In this document: positions 33,785 through 44,059 of the stretch, one piece after another
How the letters are laid out: every line of letters begins with the position of its first letter
How positions within the stretch are numbered: position 1 is the first letter of the stretch
From: an uncultured Gemmatimonadales bacterium
Lineage (GTDB): Bacteria > Gemmatimonadota > Gemmatimonadetes > Gemmatimonadales > GWC2-71-9
Direction: 5' to 3'
Length of the DNA: 64,000 nucleotides
Assembly: GCA_963844035.1 (NCBI GenBank)
Contig: CAWJMT010000003.1
Location: 288,001 to 352,000 of the forward strand
The notes under the pieces: generated by a model
Databases searched by the model: none
Told to the model about the DNA's origin: nothing
What the model saw: the letters and a program-made list of their open reading frames with translations, nothing else
Program-made: the position numbers and the translations under genes

Positions 33785-36036
33785 TTAGAGCTTCATCCTC
33801 CGCACATACTCCCCGAAGCGTGGATCCGACCGCAGCGGATCGTGCATGGGCTCGACCTTCAAGTACGCGAGCCAACCCCGACGATGCTCGTACGCCCGCT
33901 CGAGCCACGCAAATGCCTCGTCACGGTTACCGAGGCCCAGGTGAACCATCTGCGGGGCGACCGGAGAGACGTATTCTGACTGGCTGCGCGCCTCGAGCTG
34001 GGCGACAATCGCCTCCGCTTCCTGGCGGTTGCCGCGCACTGCCAGAAGGTACCCGAGGCTTGCGGTGGCGTACGCACTTTCCCCGAGCATGGCGGTGGCT
34101 TCGCGCAAGGCGCGCTCCGCCTGGTCGTACGCCCCTTGTTGTGTCAGGGTGAGGCCGAGGAGCCTGTAGGTCTCCTGCGAGGTCGGGTTCATCGCGATGG
34201 CTCGCCGCAGGTGATCGAGCGCGGTGTCGTAGCGCCGCGCGTAGTAGTACAGCCAGCCGAGTGAGCGGCGAATCGACACGGAGGCCGGATCGAGGTCCAG
34301 GGCGGCGTGCCCTTCAGCCAGGGCCTGGTCGAGCTGGCCGAGCGCCGCCAGCACGAAGCTGTACCACTGCCGCCCCGTGGCGTAGCTGGGGTTGAGCTCC
34401 AGCGCCCTCCGGAAGGTGCGCACGGCGCCGTGCCAGTCCCAATCGTAGATGAACAGGACCCAGGCGAGCGATGTGTGCGCCTCGGCCAGGGTGTCGTCGA
34501 GCGCCAGGGCCTTCCGGGCGAACTCCCGGGCGCGGGTGAGTCCCCCGTCCACGGGTACGCCCCGGTAGTCGACCTGCATCCCATACGCGTCGGCCAAGCC
34601 GGAATAGGCCAGAGCATAGTTCGGGTCGGCGGCAATCGCCTGCTCGAAGTAGTCGATCGATTCCCGGACCCCCTCATCCGAGCGCTTGTTCCAGGAATAG
34701 CGCCCGCGCAGGTAGAGCCCGTACGCCGCGACGTTCTCGGTGTAGCGACGCGGTGTGGGATCGGCGACCTCCGCGAGGAACGTCGTCCGCAGCGTGGTCA
34801 CGATGGTGCGGGCGATCTCGTCCTGAATGGCGAACACGTCGTCGAGCCGCCGATCGTAGCGGTCGGACCAGAGGTGCCGCCCGTCGTCGGCGGCGGTGAG
34901 GCGCGCCGTGATCCGCAGCTGGTCGCCGGCTTTGCGGACAGACCCTTCGAGCACCGCGGAGACGCCGAGCAGCGCCCCGATGGCGCGCACGTCCTGCGGC
35001 TTGTTCTTGAGCGCGAAGACCGAGGTGCGGGACGCCACGCGGAGTCCCCCGACCTTCGTGAACGCGTTGATCAGCTCTTCGGTGATGCCGTCGGAGAAAT
35101 AGTCGGTCTCCGGGTCGGGGCTCATGTTCACGAACGGCAGCACCGCGAGGGAGCGGGTGGTGCCGACCAGCGTGGTCTCCGGCCGCGGCCCCTGCCCCGC
35201 CTCGAGCGCTTCGAGGAAGCGCGGCCACGCTGGGATAGCGATCTTCCGGGTCCTTGGCGAGCGCGCGGGCGATCGCCTGCTCCACCGCCGGGGGCGTTTC
35301 GGGCCGCAGCGAGCGCACCGGCCGTGGATGCTCGGTCAGCTGACGCGCCATGATCGAGCGGGCGTTGGGACCCGCGAACGGCGGCTCGCCGGCCAGCATC
35401 TCGAACAGCACGCAGGCCAGACTGTAGAGATCGCTGCGCACGTCGAGCTCGCGCTCGGCGCTCGCCTGCTCGGGGCTCATGTATGCCGGGGTGCCCAGGG
35501 CCAATCCCGTCTCCGTGACCGGGTCGACGCCCGCGGCGGAGACGGCCCGCGCGATCCCGAAATCCGCGACCATGGCGTGGCCGTCGGCCAGGAGAATGTT
35601 CTCCGGCTTGATGTCCCGGTGCACGAACCCCTGGCGGTGCGCGTAGTCGAGCGCGGCGCCCACGTCGCGAGCCATACGGAGGGCATCGCGCACGGGACAG
35701 CTGCTGCTCGCGCATCAGCCGATGCCGCAGCGACTCGCCCGACACGTAGGGCATGACGTAGTAGAGCAACCCGGCCGCTTCGCCCGAGTCGATGAGCGGG
35801 AGGATATGTGGATGGGTCAGCAGCGCCGCGATCCCGATCTCGCGCAGAAACCGCTCGGCGCCGAGCTGCAGGGCGAGATCGCGCCGCAGCGCCTTCACCG
35901 CCACTTTGCGGTGATGCTTGCGGTCCTCGGCGAGATAGACGGTGGCCATGCCGCCCCGCCCCAGCTCGCGTTCGATCGAGTAGCGGGCGGCGAGTGCGGA
36001 AGCGAGGTCGAGAGGGACTTGGGTCGCGTCGGCCAT
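33785..36036 (-). CDS. Hanks-type Ser/Thr kinase fused to TolB-like and TPR domains (two frameshifts)
   Basis: LGRGGMATVY, VAVK, HRDIKPEN, DFG, GTPAYMSPEQ; AVLPFVNMS..YFSDGITEELI; TPRs ending LRSDPRF. Confidence 0.93.
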
Positions 36037-36090
36037 TCGGCGGGATAATACCACGGCGGCCGACGCGGGCGGGAGGGCGCTCCCGGTCTG

Positions 36091-36276
36091 CTAGAACTCG
36101 CGCTTCTTCATTTCCGAGAAAAAGTCCCGCAGGTCCGTATCTTCCTCGTGGTCGGAGGGAAGCGTGCTGTCGTATTGCCGGCGCCGGTTGGGTTTCCCCT
36201 TGGCCGGATTCGCGGCCGCCTTCGCGGCGTTCTTGCGGGCCAGTGCTTCTATCTTCTGATCGTCGTTCTTCGCCAT
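36091..36276 (-). CDS. Small charged protein (61 aa), function unknown
   Basis: Strong SD (AAGGAGG) before ATG; MAKNDDQKIEALARK...DLRDFFSEMKKREF. Confidence 0.72.
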   Translation of the reverse strand: MAKNDDQKIEALARKNAAKAAANPAKGKPNRRRQYDSTLPSDHEEDTDLRDFFSEMKKREF

Positions 36277-36378
36277 CGTCGGTGCCTCCTTACGGACAGC
36301 GTCGTCGGGGTCGCCATTCAATTTAGCGCATTCTGGGCGCGGCGTCACCTGTCTGGCCCTGAACGGCGTCGGCGAGGA

Positions 36379-36869
36379 TCAGCGGGGAGAACGAAAGCGC
36401 ACGTGCCACTTGGGGATGAGCGATCCGATGCCGGCGCCTACCAGGGCGCCCCCGGCGCCGCCGACGGCGGCGCCGGCGAGCGCGCAGTCGGCCCATTGGT
36501 CTTCGTTCCCGATCTCACCGTCGTCGGCTCGCCCGATCGAGCAGGCAACGGCGACCGCGTAGCCGCCCACCACGCCTCCGGCGACCGCGCCGACAATGGC
36601 GGCCGTCTTGGTCGCCCGGCCACGCTCGTGCAGCTCCTCGATCCGATCAACCGCCAACCATCGCTCGCCGCTTGGTCCCGCGAGAAGCAGCGAGTCCGCG
36701 GTCACGCGTGCCGAGGCGTCCTTCGAGCTGTTCCCCGCCCGTGAGCCCGACTCTGATGAGGGTTCCGGACCGGATGCGAGCGAGCGCGGCGCTGGCTTCG
36801 CTCCCGGGCGGCTCCGGTGCCGGGCGGGGAAGCGATAAGAGCGGCGATCAGTAGGGCAGCAGTACTCAT
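36379..36869 (-). CDS. Exported glycine-zipper membrane protein (frameshift near the 5' end)
   Basis: Signal MSTAALLIAALIAS; GAVAGGVVGG..C..C..GAAVGGAGGALVGAGIGSLIPKW. Confidence 0.65.
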
Positions 36870-36883
36870 GGGCTGGTTCCCGA

Positions 36884-37811
36884 TCAGGCTCTCGGGTGGT
36901 ACTGCCGGTGCACGGTCCGGAGGTATTCCCGGTCCACGTGGGTGTAGAGCTGCGTGGTGGCCAGATCGGCGTGGCCGAGCATCTCCTGCACCGCCCGCAA
37001 GTCCGCGCCCCCCTCGAGCAGGTGGGTGGCAAAGGTGTGGCGCAGCGTGTGGGGCGAGACCTTCTTGGTGATGCCGGCGGCCCGCGCCGCCCGCTTGATC
37101 ACCGACCACGCCCCGACGCGCGACAGGCGGGTCCCGCGCGCGTTCAGAAACACGAACCCCTTCCCCTGCCCGCGGTCGAAGCGCGGCCGGATCTCGCGGG
37201 CGTACAGCGCCACCGCTCCCAGCGCCCGCCGGCCCACCGGGATCACGCGCTGCTTCGACCCCTTGCCGAACAGGCGGGCGAGTCCGTCTTCGTACATCAC
37301 GTCCTGCAGGCGCAGCGCCACCACCTCCGACACCCGCGCGCCGGTCGCGTACGCGAATTCGAGCAGCGCGCGGTCGCGAATGGCGAGCGGCTCGTCGGTA
37401 TTGGGGGCTGCCAGCAGGCGCTCGATTTCGGCAACCGACAGGACCGACGGGAGGGTGCGGCCCAGCTTGGGGGACTCGATGCGCTCGCTCGGGTCGCGGG
37501 TGGCGAGCGCTTCGCCCACCAGGAACTTGTAGTACGTCCGGATGGCCGAGATCTGGCGGCGAATGGTGGTGGGGGCGAGGCCCGAGATCCTTGAGGGCGT
37601 ACACGAACTCGCGCAGCTGGGCCGTTGTGACCGCCGTGGGACCGCGGGCGCCGCCCGATCCCGCATGCGCCACCAGCCGCCGGATGTCGCGCACGTAGTT
37701 CTCCACGGTGTGCGGGCTGTTGCCGGCCTCGAGCGAGAGGTAGTCGCGAAACCGCTCGAGGTGGAAGGCCCGCTCGAGGGACTCCATCGCGGGCGTCGCG
37801 GTCTCAGCCAC
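36884..37811 (-). CDS. xerD: Site-specific tyrosine recombinase XerD (frameshift ~37585)
   Basis: [86 protein letters not shown]. Confidence 0.93.
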
Positions 37812-38310
37812 CGCCTGGTGCCTGTCCTATCAGGCGGCGCGCTTGCGCCAGATGATGCTCGAGGTGCGCGACGTAGTCCTCGATGAGATAGCCCAGCGTG
37901 GCCGGCTCCGAGCGAGGCACCGGCCGCCACCCCAGCGCGTCGAGGTTGTGCTCCGGCCGCGGTCGCTCCAACACCGCGGGCGGGATGACGCGCACGACGT
38001 GCACCAGCTGTTGGTTGTAGGCGGCCCACAGCGTCACCAGAGCGGGCCACTCCGCGTCCTGATACCGCTGGCTATTCACCCAGGCGTCCTGCGCATAACC
38101 GGGAAAGACGAGCGGATCCTGCATCTGCGCCTCAACGAAGCGGCGATGATTGTTGGCGGCGGAATCGATCAGGTGGCCGATGATTTCCTTGACGCACCAT
38201 TTCCCGGGGGCTGGACGCCGGCTCGCCTGAACGTCGGAGAGCCGGCTCAAGTCGACCGCGGCCTGCCGCACGCTGTGTTGCCAGCGGGCGAGCAGGACAT
38301 CGCGGTTCAC
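37804..38310 (-). CDS. DinB/YfiT-family protein
   Basis: [34 protein letters not shown]. Confidence 0.9.
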   Translation of the reverse strand: MNRDVLLARWQHSVRQAAVDLSRLSDVQASRRPAPGKWCVKEIIGHLIDSAANNHRRFVEAQMQDPLVFPGYAQDAWVNSQRYQDAEWPALVTLWAAYNQQLVHVVRVIPPAVLERPRPEHNLDALGWRPVPRSEPATLGYLIEDYVAHLEHHLAQARRLIGQAPGGG

Positions 38311-38769
38311 GGCAGTGCGGACGTGCAGTGCGGGCACCTCGTCGCTTTCAGCGGTACGATCGACAGGCAAAAGGGGCACTCTTTGGTCGAGGGCGCTGCC
38401 GGCACCGCCACCGGACGCGGCGTGAGCTTGGCCATCGCGCGGACGATCATGAATACTACCCACGCGACGATAAGGAACGTCACCACCTTGGTGATAAACA
38501 GGCCGTAGTTCAGCGTCACCGCGCCCGCAGCCTTGGCGCCCGCCAGCGACTCGTACGGTCCCGCGGACTTGGCACCCTCCTTCAGCGTCAGGAACAGGTT
38601 CGAGAAATCGACGCTCCCCAGCAGCGAGCCCGATGGGGGGCATGATGAGGTCGTCCACCAAGGAGGAGACGATCGCGCCGAACGCAGCGCCGATGATGAC
38701 GGCGGTCGCGAGGTCGACGACGTTGCCCCGCATGACGAAGTCACGGAAATCCTTCCCGATGGTGCTCAT
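38307..38769 (-). CDS. mscL: Large-conductance mechanosensitive channel with C-terminal zinc ribbon (frameshift ~38630)
   Basis: [63 protein letters not shown]. Confidence 0.95.
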
Positions 38770-39332
38770 GCGTGCGGCCACAGCCAGCCGAACGTGCCGG
38801 CGGTCAGCAGGGCGTAGATCAACCCGTCGATCGTGGACCGGATCGAGGTGCCGACTGCGCGGCGGTACCAGATGGTGAGCGGCCAGAGCCCGAGCGAGTA
38901 TCCCATGAAGCGTGGCGGTCCCAACGAACTGGAACACCCGGAGGTAGTCGCGTGCCCGGGGGCAGCGCGCGCCCCGCCACGTATGCGGCGAACATGCCGA
39001 CGACGATGGAGAAGACGAACCAGAGCGTCAGCTCCCTCCCCATCGTGACGGGGCCGTTCGGGAGCACCGTGACGATCATGGCCGGGCCCTTGCTCCGCTT
39101 GGCGACGAACTCCGGCGAGCCCATGTCCTTCATGCTCGCAGGACGCGGGAACATGTAGTCACCGGGCGGGATCCCGAGCGGCCGGAGCGCGTCCATGACC
39201 TTGTCTTCGTTGGGGATCTTGGGATAGTCGCCCGTGTGCCAGGGCGTGAACATGTGGATGACGGAACTCGCGACAAAGACGATCACCGCCGACAGCAGGA
39301 TGGGGAGCCACAGCACGTGTGAGCTCGGTCAT
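38766..39332 (-). CDS. Conserved hypothetical membrane protein (frameshifts)
   Basis: [65 protein letters not shown]. Confidence 0.75.
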
Positions 39333-39417
39333 GACAACCTCCTAGGGTTGATGCTCCGACGATCGCGAGATGAAGGTCGCGGGGCTCGTATAAGCTGCGG
39401 GCAAGTTGGGGTGGGCG

Positions 39418-40010
39418 CTACCGCTTCAGCCGTCGCCAGACGATGAATGCGACGACCGCCGCCACGACGAGCGCGCCGATGCCGAGCCAACGGTTCACCC
39501 GGCCCGAGCTGGGCCATCACGGTCTCGTAGTCGGTGCCCGAGCCGCATCACGAGGACGGTCAGGGCGCCGTACCACAGTCCCGATGCGAGCGCGACCGGG
39601 ATGAGGGTGCGCGCCGGGAGAGAGTCCGGCGATCCCGGCGAAGGGCGGGACGACGGCGCGCCACACGGGCAGCAGGCGGCTGAGGAAGATGCCGACGGTA
39701 CCGTATCGCTGGTAGGCGCGCTCGAGGCGGTTGAGCACAGGCTTGGACAGCAGCTTCCGGCCGATCGGTCGCTGGAAGAAGGCGCGGCCATGGCGGCGCG
39801 CGAGACCGTAGACGGCTGCCGCCGACCCGACGTTGGCGACCCAGCAGCATCCAAAGACCGCCCAGGCGTTGAGCATGCCGCGTCCAGCAAGGAACGCGCC
39901 GAGGGCCACGACAGCGTCGGACGGGACGGGAGGAAAGAAATTTTCGAGCGCGGCGAGCAGGGCGATCACCGCATAGAGGACTCCGGGAGGGAGACCCTCG
40001 AGGAATTCCA
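39418..40010 (-). CDS. DedA family membrane protein (frameshifts; start uncertain)
   Basis: [28 protein letters not shown]. Confidence 0.85.
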
Positions 40011-40015
40011 GGGAC

Positions 40016-40484
40016 CTACTCCAGCGCCACCACCGCGATCGCCGCGATGCCCTCGCCCCGTCCGATGAATCCCATCCGCTCGTTGGTCTTCCCTTTGACC
40101 GAGATGTCGGACGTACCGCACAGCAGCGCGCCGGCGAGCTTCTCCCGCATCTCTTCTACGAACAGGGCGATCGGCGGCTGCTCGGCGATGACGGTGACGT
40201 CGGCGTTGACGAGGTGCAACCGCATCTCGACCACCTGCAGGTACGCCTGCTTGAGGAGGTGGAGGGAGTTGGCGTTTTGCCACTGGGGATCGGTATCGGG
40301 GAACAGCGCACCGATGTCGCCCAGACCCGGCCGCGCCGAGCACCGCATCGGTCAGCGCGTGTGCCACAACGTCGGCGTCGGAATGGCCGGCGAGGCCCAG
40401 CGCGTGCGGGATCTCGACGCCACCGAGGATCAGCTTGCGGTTCTCGACAAAACGATGCGAGTCGAACCCGATGCCGACGCGCAC
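40016..40484 (-). CDS. ispF: 2-C-methyl-D-erythritol 2,4-cyclodiphosphate synthase (frameshift ~40325)
   Basis: [56 protein letters not shown]. Confidence 0.96.
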
Positions 40485-40904
40485 CTAGACCTTCAGCATT
40501 CGGATGGCGAGGTGGGCGGCGTTCTTGGCGTTGTCGATCCCGACGGTGGCCACCGGCACGCCCGGGGGTACCTGCACCGTGGCGAGCAGCGCGTCGAGAC
40601 CGTTCAAGGGACCGACCGCGAAGGGCACGCCGATCACCGGCAGATCGGTGAGGGAGGCGGCGAACCCCGGCAGTGCGGCTGACAGCCCCGCCCCGGCGAT
40701 AATGACCTTGAACCCGTTCTTGCGGGCCTGCTTGATCAGGTCGCCGGTCTGGTCGGGCTGGCGGTGGGCGGACGAGACGTGGAATTCGTAGGTGACCCCC
40801 GCTTTTCCCAGTATCTCGAACGCGGGCTCGATCCGCGGCTTGTCGCTCTCTGATCCGACGACGATGAGCACGTCAGGCAAGGGAGTACCCTTCCCTTTGA
40901 TCAC
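40485..40904 (-). CDS. purE: AIR carboxylase/N5-CAIR mutase PurE (short form)
   Basis: VGSESD, SAHRQP, IIAGAGLSAALPG, LPVIGVP, GLDALL, PPGVPVATV, NAA. Confidence 0.92.
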   Translation of the reverse strand: MIKGKGTPLPDVLIVVGSESDKPRIEPAFEILGKAGVTYEFHVSSAHRQPDQTGDLIKQARKNGFKVIIAGAGLSAALPGFAASLTDLPVIGVPFAVGPLNGLDALLATVQVPPGVPVATVGIDNAKNAAHLAIRMLKV

Positions 40905-41944
40905 GCTGCGTCCTCCAGGATCGTATAGTCTTGCCGGCGCTGCCGCGCGGCATACCCGCCGTCCGTGATCAAGCGCCGCATCTCCTCGAGCGTCATCTGA
41001 TAGGTCGTGCCGGCGGCCGACACGACGTTCTCCTCCATCATCAACGAGCCGAAATCGTTGGCCCCGAAGCGGAGCGCCACTTGCCCGATCTTCGGGCCCA
41101 TCGTCACCCACGAGGCCTGAATGTTGGGGACATCTTCGAGCACGATGCGGGCGATCGCCTGAGTGCGCAGGTAGGTCGCGGCGTCGGTTTTGGGCATGTC
41201 CGCCATCCCGGTGTTCTCGGGCTGGAGCGGCCAGCAGATGAACGCGGTGAACCCGCGCGTCCGGCGCTGGACCTCGCGCACCCGGAACAAGTGCTCGATG
41301 CGGTCGGCGGGGGTCTCCCCCAGGCCGTACATCATCGTCACCGAGGTCTTCAGGCCCAGTCCGTGGGCGATCTCCATCACCTCGAGCCAGCGATCGGCGC
41401 CGGCCTTTTTCTTCGCGACCCGGTCGCGGACCTCCTGCACCAGGATTTCCCCGCCGCCGCCCGGAATCGAATCGAGCCCGGCGTCGATCAGCGCGCGGAT
41501 GACCTCCTCGATCGTCATCCCGAACCGCCCGGCAAAGAAGTCGACCTCCGAGGGGGAGAACCCGTGAATATGAATCGGATGGTTGCGCTTGATGTAGCGC
41601 AGCAGATCGAGGTACCACTCGAACGGGATGTACGGGTTGTGCCCGCCCTGCATCAGGATCTGCACGCCTCCCAGCGCCTTCACGGCGTCGATCTTCCGGC
41701 CGATCTCCTCGAAAGACAGGACGTACCCCTCGCGGTCCTTGGGGCGGCGGAAGAACGCGCAGAACTTGCAGTCCGCGACGCACACGTTGGTGTAGTTGAT
41801 GTTCCGGTCCACGATGTAGGTGACGACCGGCTCGGGATGGAGGGTCCAACGCGTGCGATCGGCCGCGTCGCCCAGGTCGAGCAGCGGGGCCTGCTCGTAG
41901 AGATCGAGATAGGAGCGGAATTCGGACGACGCGCGGTCAATCAT
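40901..41944 (-). CDS. mqnC: Cyclic dehypoxanthine futalosine synthase (radical SAM)
   Basis: VDRNINYTNVCVADCKFCAF, MQGGHNP, SIPGGGGEIL, QASWVT, GANDFGSLMMEENVV. Confidence 0.93.
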   Translation of the reverse strand: MIDRASSEFRSYLDLYEQAPLLDLGDAADRTRWTLHPEPVVTYIVDRNINYTNVCVADCKFCAFFRRPKDREGYVLSFEEIGRKIDAVKALGGVQILMQGGHNPYIPFEWYLDLLRYIKRNHPIHIHGFSPSEVDFFAGRFGMTIEEVIRALIDAGLDSIPGGGGEILVQEVRDRVAKKKAGADRWLEVMEIAHGLGLKTSVTMMYGLGETPADRIEHLFRVREVQRRTRGFTAFICWPLQPENTGMADMPKTDAATYLRTQAIARIVLEDVPNIQASWVTMGPKIGQVALRFGANDFGSLMMEENVVSAAGTTYQMTLEEMRRLITDGGYAARQRRQDYTILEDAA

Positions 41945-41966
41945 GCTCGGGCATGCTCGGGCACGC

Positions 41967-42794
41967 TCAGGCCACCTGGAGGAAGCGTAGCGAGCCGGCG
42001 GGGACGATCCCGCGCGCGGCGAGCCGGCGGAAGAAGTCGCTGAGCCCCGCGAGATGGACCTCGCTGAAGGCGTAGTCCAGGCCGGCGAAGTACGTCCGGC
42101 ACTCCGCGACGGGGACACCCGTCGCCGCTGCGGCCGTCTCTGCGAGCAGGTCGAGGTGCGCCAGGCCCCACGCGCGGGCCTCGAGCAACGCCTGGTGGAT
42201 CGCGCGCACCCGTTCGCTGTCCGCGCTGCGGCGGGCGGCCCAGACGGCGAACACGAATGGCAGACCGGTCCACTGCTTCCACGCCGCCCCGAGGTCGAGA
42301 CGGTGGGCGTACGTGCCCCGCGCCGCCAACAGCAGTGCGGGGTCGCCGATCACGAGTACCGCGTCGTGCGGCAAGCCCGCGAGCGAATCCAGATCGGTGG
42401 CTTCGGCCCGCACCTGAGCGAACTGGGGGTGCACCCGCCAGAGATCGCGGCACAGCAGCTCGAGCAGCGCCACGGAGGTGCGCGACGAGGCGGTGACGAG
42501 CACCGTCGCCCCGTCGAGCTGCGACACCGGAACCTTGCTGAACAGGGCGACGCTCTGCGCGGGACCGTCGCAGGAGATCGCGAGGTTCGGGAGCAGGACC
42601 AGATCCTTCGTGTGCCGCGCGTACTCGATCGCGCTGATCACGCTGACGTCGAGCTCCCCCGCGACCAGCAGCTCGTTCAGCTCGGCCGGCGTGCCGGTCA
42701 CCAGTTCGGCCGGCATGTGCACCGCGCCGCGGTCGATCGCGCCGTACACCGGGTAGCAGTTGATGTAGCCGATGCGGCCGAGCTTCATGGTCAT
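41967..42794 (-). CDS. mqnA: Chorismate dehydratase
   Basis: LGRIGYINCYP, GTPAELN, SRTSVAL, VIGDPAL, DLGAAWKQWTGLPFVFAVWA. Confidence 0.94.
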   Translation of the reverse strand: MTMKLGRIGYINCYPVYGAIDRGAVHMPAELVTGTPAELNELLVAGELDVSVISAIEYARHTKDLVLLPNLAISCDGPAQSVALFSKVPVSQLDGATVLVTASSRTSVALLELLCRDLWRVHPQFAQVRAEATDLDSLAGLPHDAVLVIGDPALLLAARGTYAHRLDLGAAWKQWTGLPFVFAVWAARRSADSERVRAIHQALLEARAWGLAHLDLLAETAAAATGVPVAECRTYFAGLDYAFSEVHLAGLSDFFRRLAARGIVPAGSLRFLQVA

Positions 42795-44059
42795 TCCGCC
42801 GCGTCCACGGCGGCCAGGCGGCGCGGGCGTCCCGCCGTGGTGCGATGGTCGATGTGGAACGTGGGACCTTCCGGTCCGCCGGTTCGGGACGCCGGCGTCG
42901 CGGAGCCGGGAACGTAGTTCTCGAAGGTCCGCACCGTCTGGTAGAGCGAGTCGCGCTCCACCGGCTCCTTCCCCGCTCCGCGGATCAGCGAGACGATCTG
43001 GTCGTACGACAGCCACATCGGCGTCTCGGCTCCGGCCTCGTGGTAGACGCGCTCGAACACGACGGTTCCCTCGAGATCGTCGCAGCCGAACGTGAGCGCC
43101 ACCTGCGAGAGGAACGGCGTCACCATCGGCCAATGCGTCTTCACGTGCGGGATGTTGTCGAGCACCAGGCGGCCGACGGCGATGTTCTTCAGGTCGTCGA
43201 TGCCCGTGGTCGCCGTGCCGGTGCGCCCCAGGGTGACGCCCAGCTCGTTGTGGTCGGGGTGGTAGGCGAGGGGGATGTAGGTCAGAAACCCCTTCGACTC
43301 GTCCTGGAGCGCGCGGAGCGCGAGCAGGTGGTCCACCCGGTCTTCCAGCGTTTCCACGTGTCCGTACAGCATGGTGCAGTTCGACGGGATCCCCAGGGCG
43401 TGCGCCTCGCGGTGCACGGCGAGCCATTCGTCCCCCGTGAGCTTGCGGTCGGCGATCGTCGCCCGGGCGGCGGGGCTGAAGACCTCCGCGCCTCCGCCGG
43501 GGAGGCTCGTCACTCCGGCATCGCGCATGGCGATCAAGACCTCGCGCACGCTCAGACGCTCGATCTTGGCGAGGTGCGCGACTTCGACCGCGGTCAGGGC
43601 CTTGATGTGCACCCCGGGATGGCGCGAGCGCAGGCCGCGGAACAAGTCGAGGTAGTACGCGAGCCGCAGCTTGGGGTGGAGGCCGCCGACAATGTGGAAC
43701 TCGCGGGTCGGGTTGTCGCGCGCCGCGTCGGCTTCGGCGAACACCTCGTCCAGGGTTCTGGTGTACCCGCCGTCCTCCTGGGGCATGCGGGCGAACGAGC
43801 AGAACACGCAGGTGTTCCGCAGCACGCACAGGTTGGTCGGATTGAGGTGCTGGTTGGCGGCGAAGTACACGCGGTCGCCGTTCCGGGCGCGGTTGGCCGC
43901 GTCGGCCAGCCGGCCGATGGTCAGGAGATCGGGGGAAGCGAAGAGCGTGAGGGCGTCGTCGCGGGTGAGTCGTTCGCCGCGCGCGAGCTTCTCGGCGATC
44001 GGGTCGAGCGACGGATCGTGACCGCCTGACCGCCTGACCGCCTGACCGCCGTTGTTCAC
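42791..44059 (-). CDS. mqnE: Aminofutalosine synthase (radical SAM)
   Basis: NPTNLCVLRNTCVFCSF, HIVGGLHP, HIKALTAVE, LPGGGAE, TMLYGHVE, EGTVVFERVYHEAGA. Confidence 0.93.
   Translation of the reverse strand: MNNGGQAVRRSGGHDPSLDPIAEKLARGERLTRDDALTLFASPDLLTIGRLADAANRARNGDRVYFAANQHLNPTNLCVLRNTCVFCSFARMPQEDGGYTRTLDEVFAEADAARDNPTREFHIVGGLHPKLRLAYYLDLFRGLRSRHPGVHIKALTAVEVAHLAKIERLSVREVLIAMRDAGVTSLPGGGAEVFSPAARATIADRKLTGDEWLAVHREAHALGIPSNCTMLYGHVETLEDRVDHLLALRALQDESKGFLTYIPLAYHPDHNELGVTLGRTGTATTGIDDLKNIAVGRLVLDNIPHVKTHWPMVTPFLSQVALTFGCDDLEGTVVFERVYHEAGAETPMWLSYDQIVSLIRGAGKEPVERDSLYQTVRTFENYVPGSATPASRTGGPEGPTFHIDHRTTAGRPRRLAAVDAAE
44019..44050 (-). repeat. Perfect tandem repeat (GGCGGTCA)x4 in the 5' end of mqnE
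   Basis: TGACCGCC at 44019, 44027, 44035 and 44043 on the + strand. Confidence 0.95.

Noticed and set aside
33785..36036. Kinase-TolB-TPR protein as a novel defence or signalling system
   Set aside because: This architecture is common and expanded in Gemmatimonadota/Acidobacteriota-type genomes, and no partner genes nearby indicate a dedicated system
36884..37811. Tyrosine recombinase as integrase of a mobile element or integron
   Set aside because: The motifs are those of housekeeping XerD; no IntI-specific insertion, att repeats or cargo seen
40485..40904. purE-like gene as the missing larB
   Set aside because: It has the PurE SAHR and PPGVPVATV motifs and lacks the LarB N-terminal domain
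44019..44050. Tandem repeats as a CRISPR array
   Set aside because: Units are 7-10 bp with no spacers, and there are no cas genes
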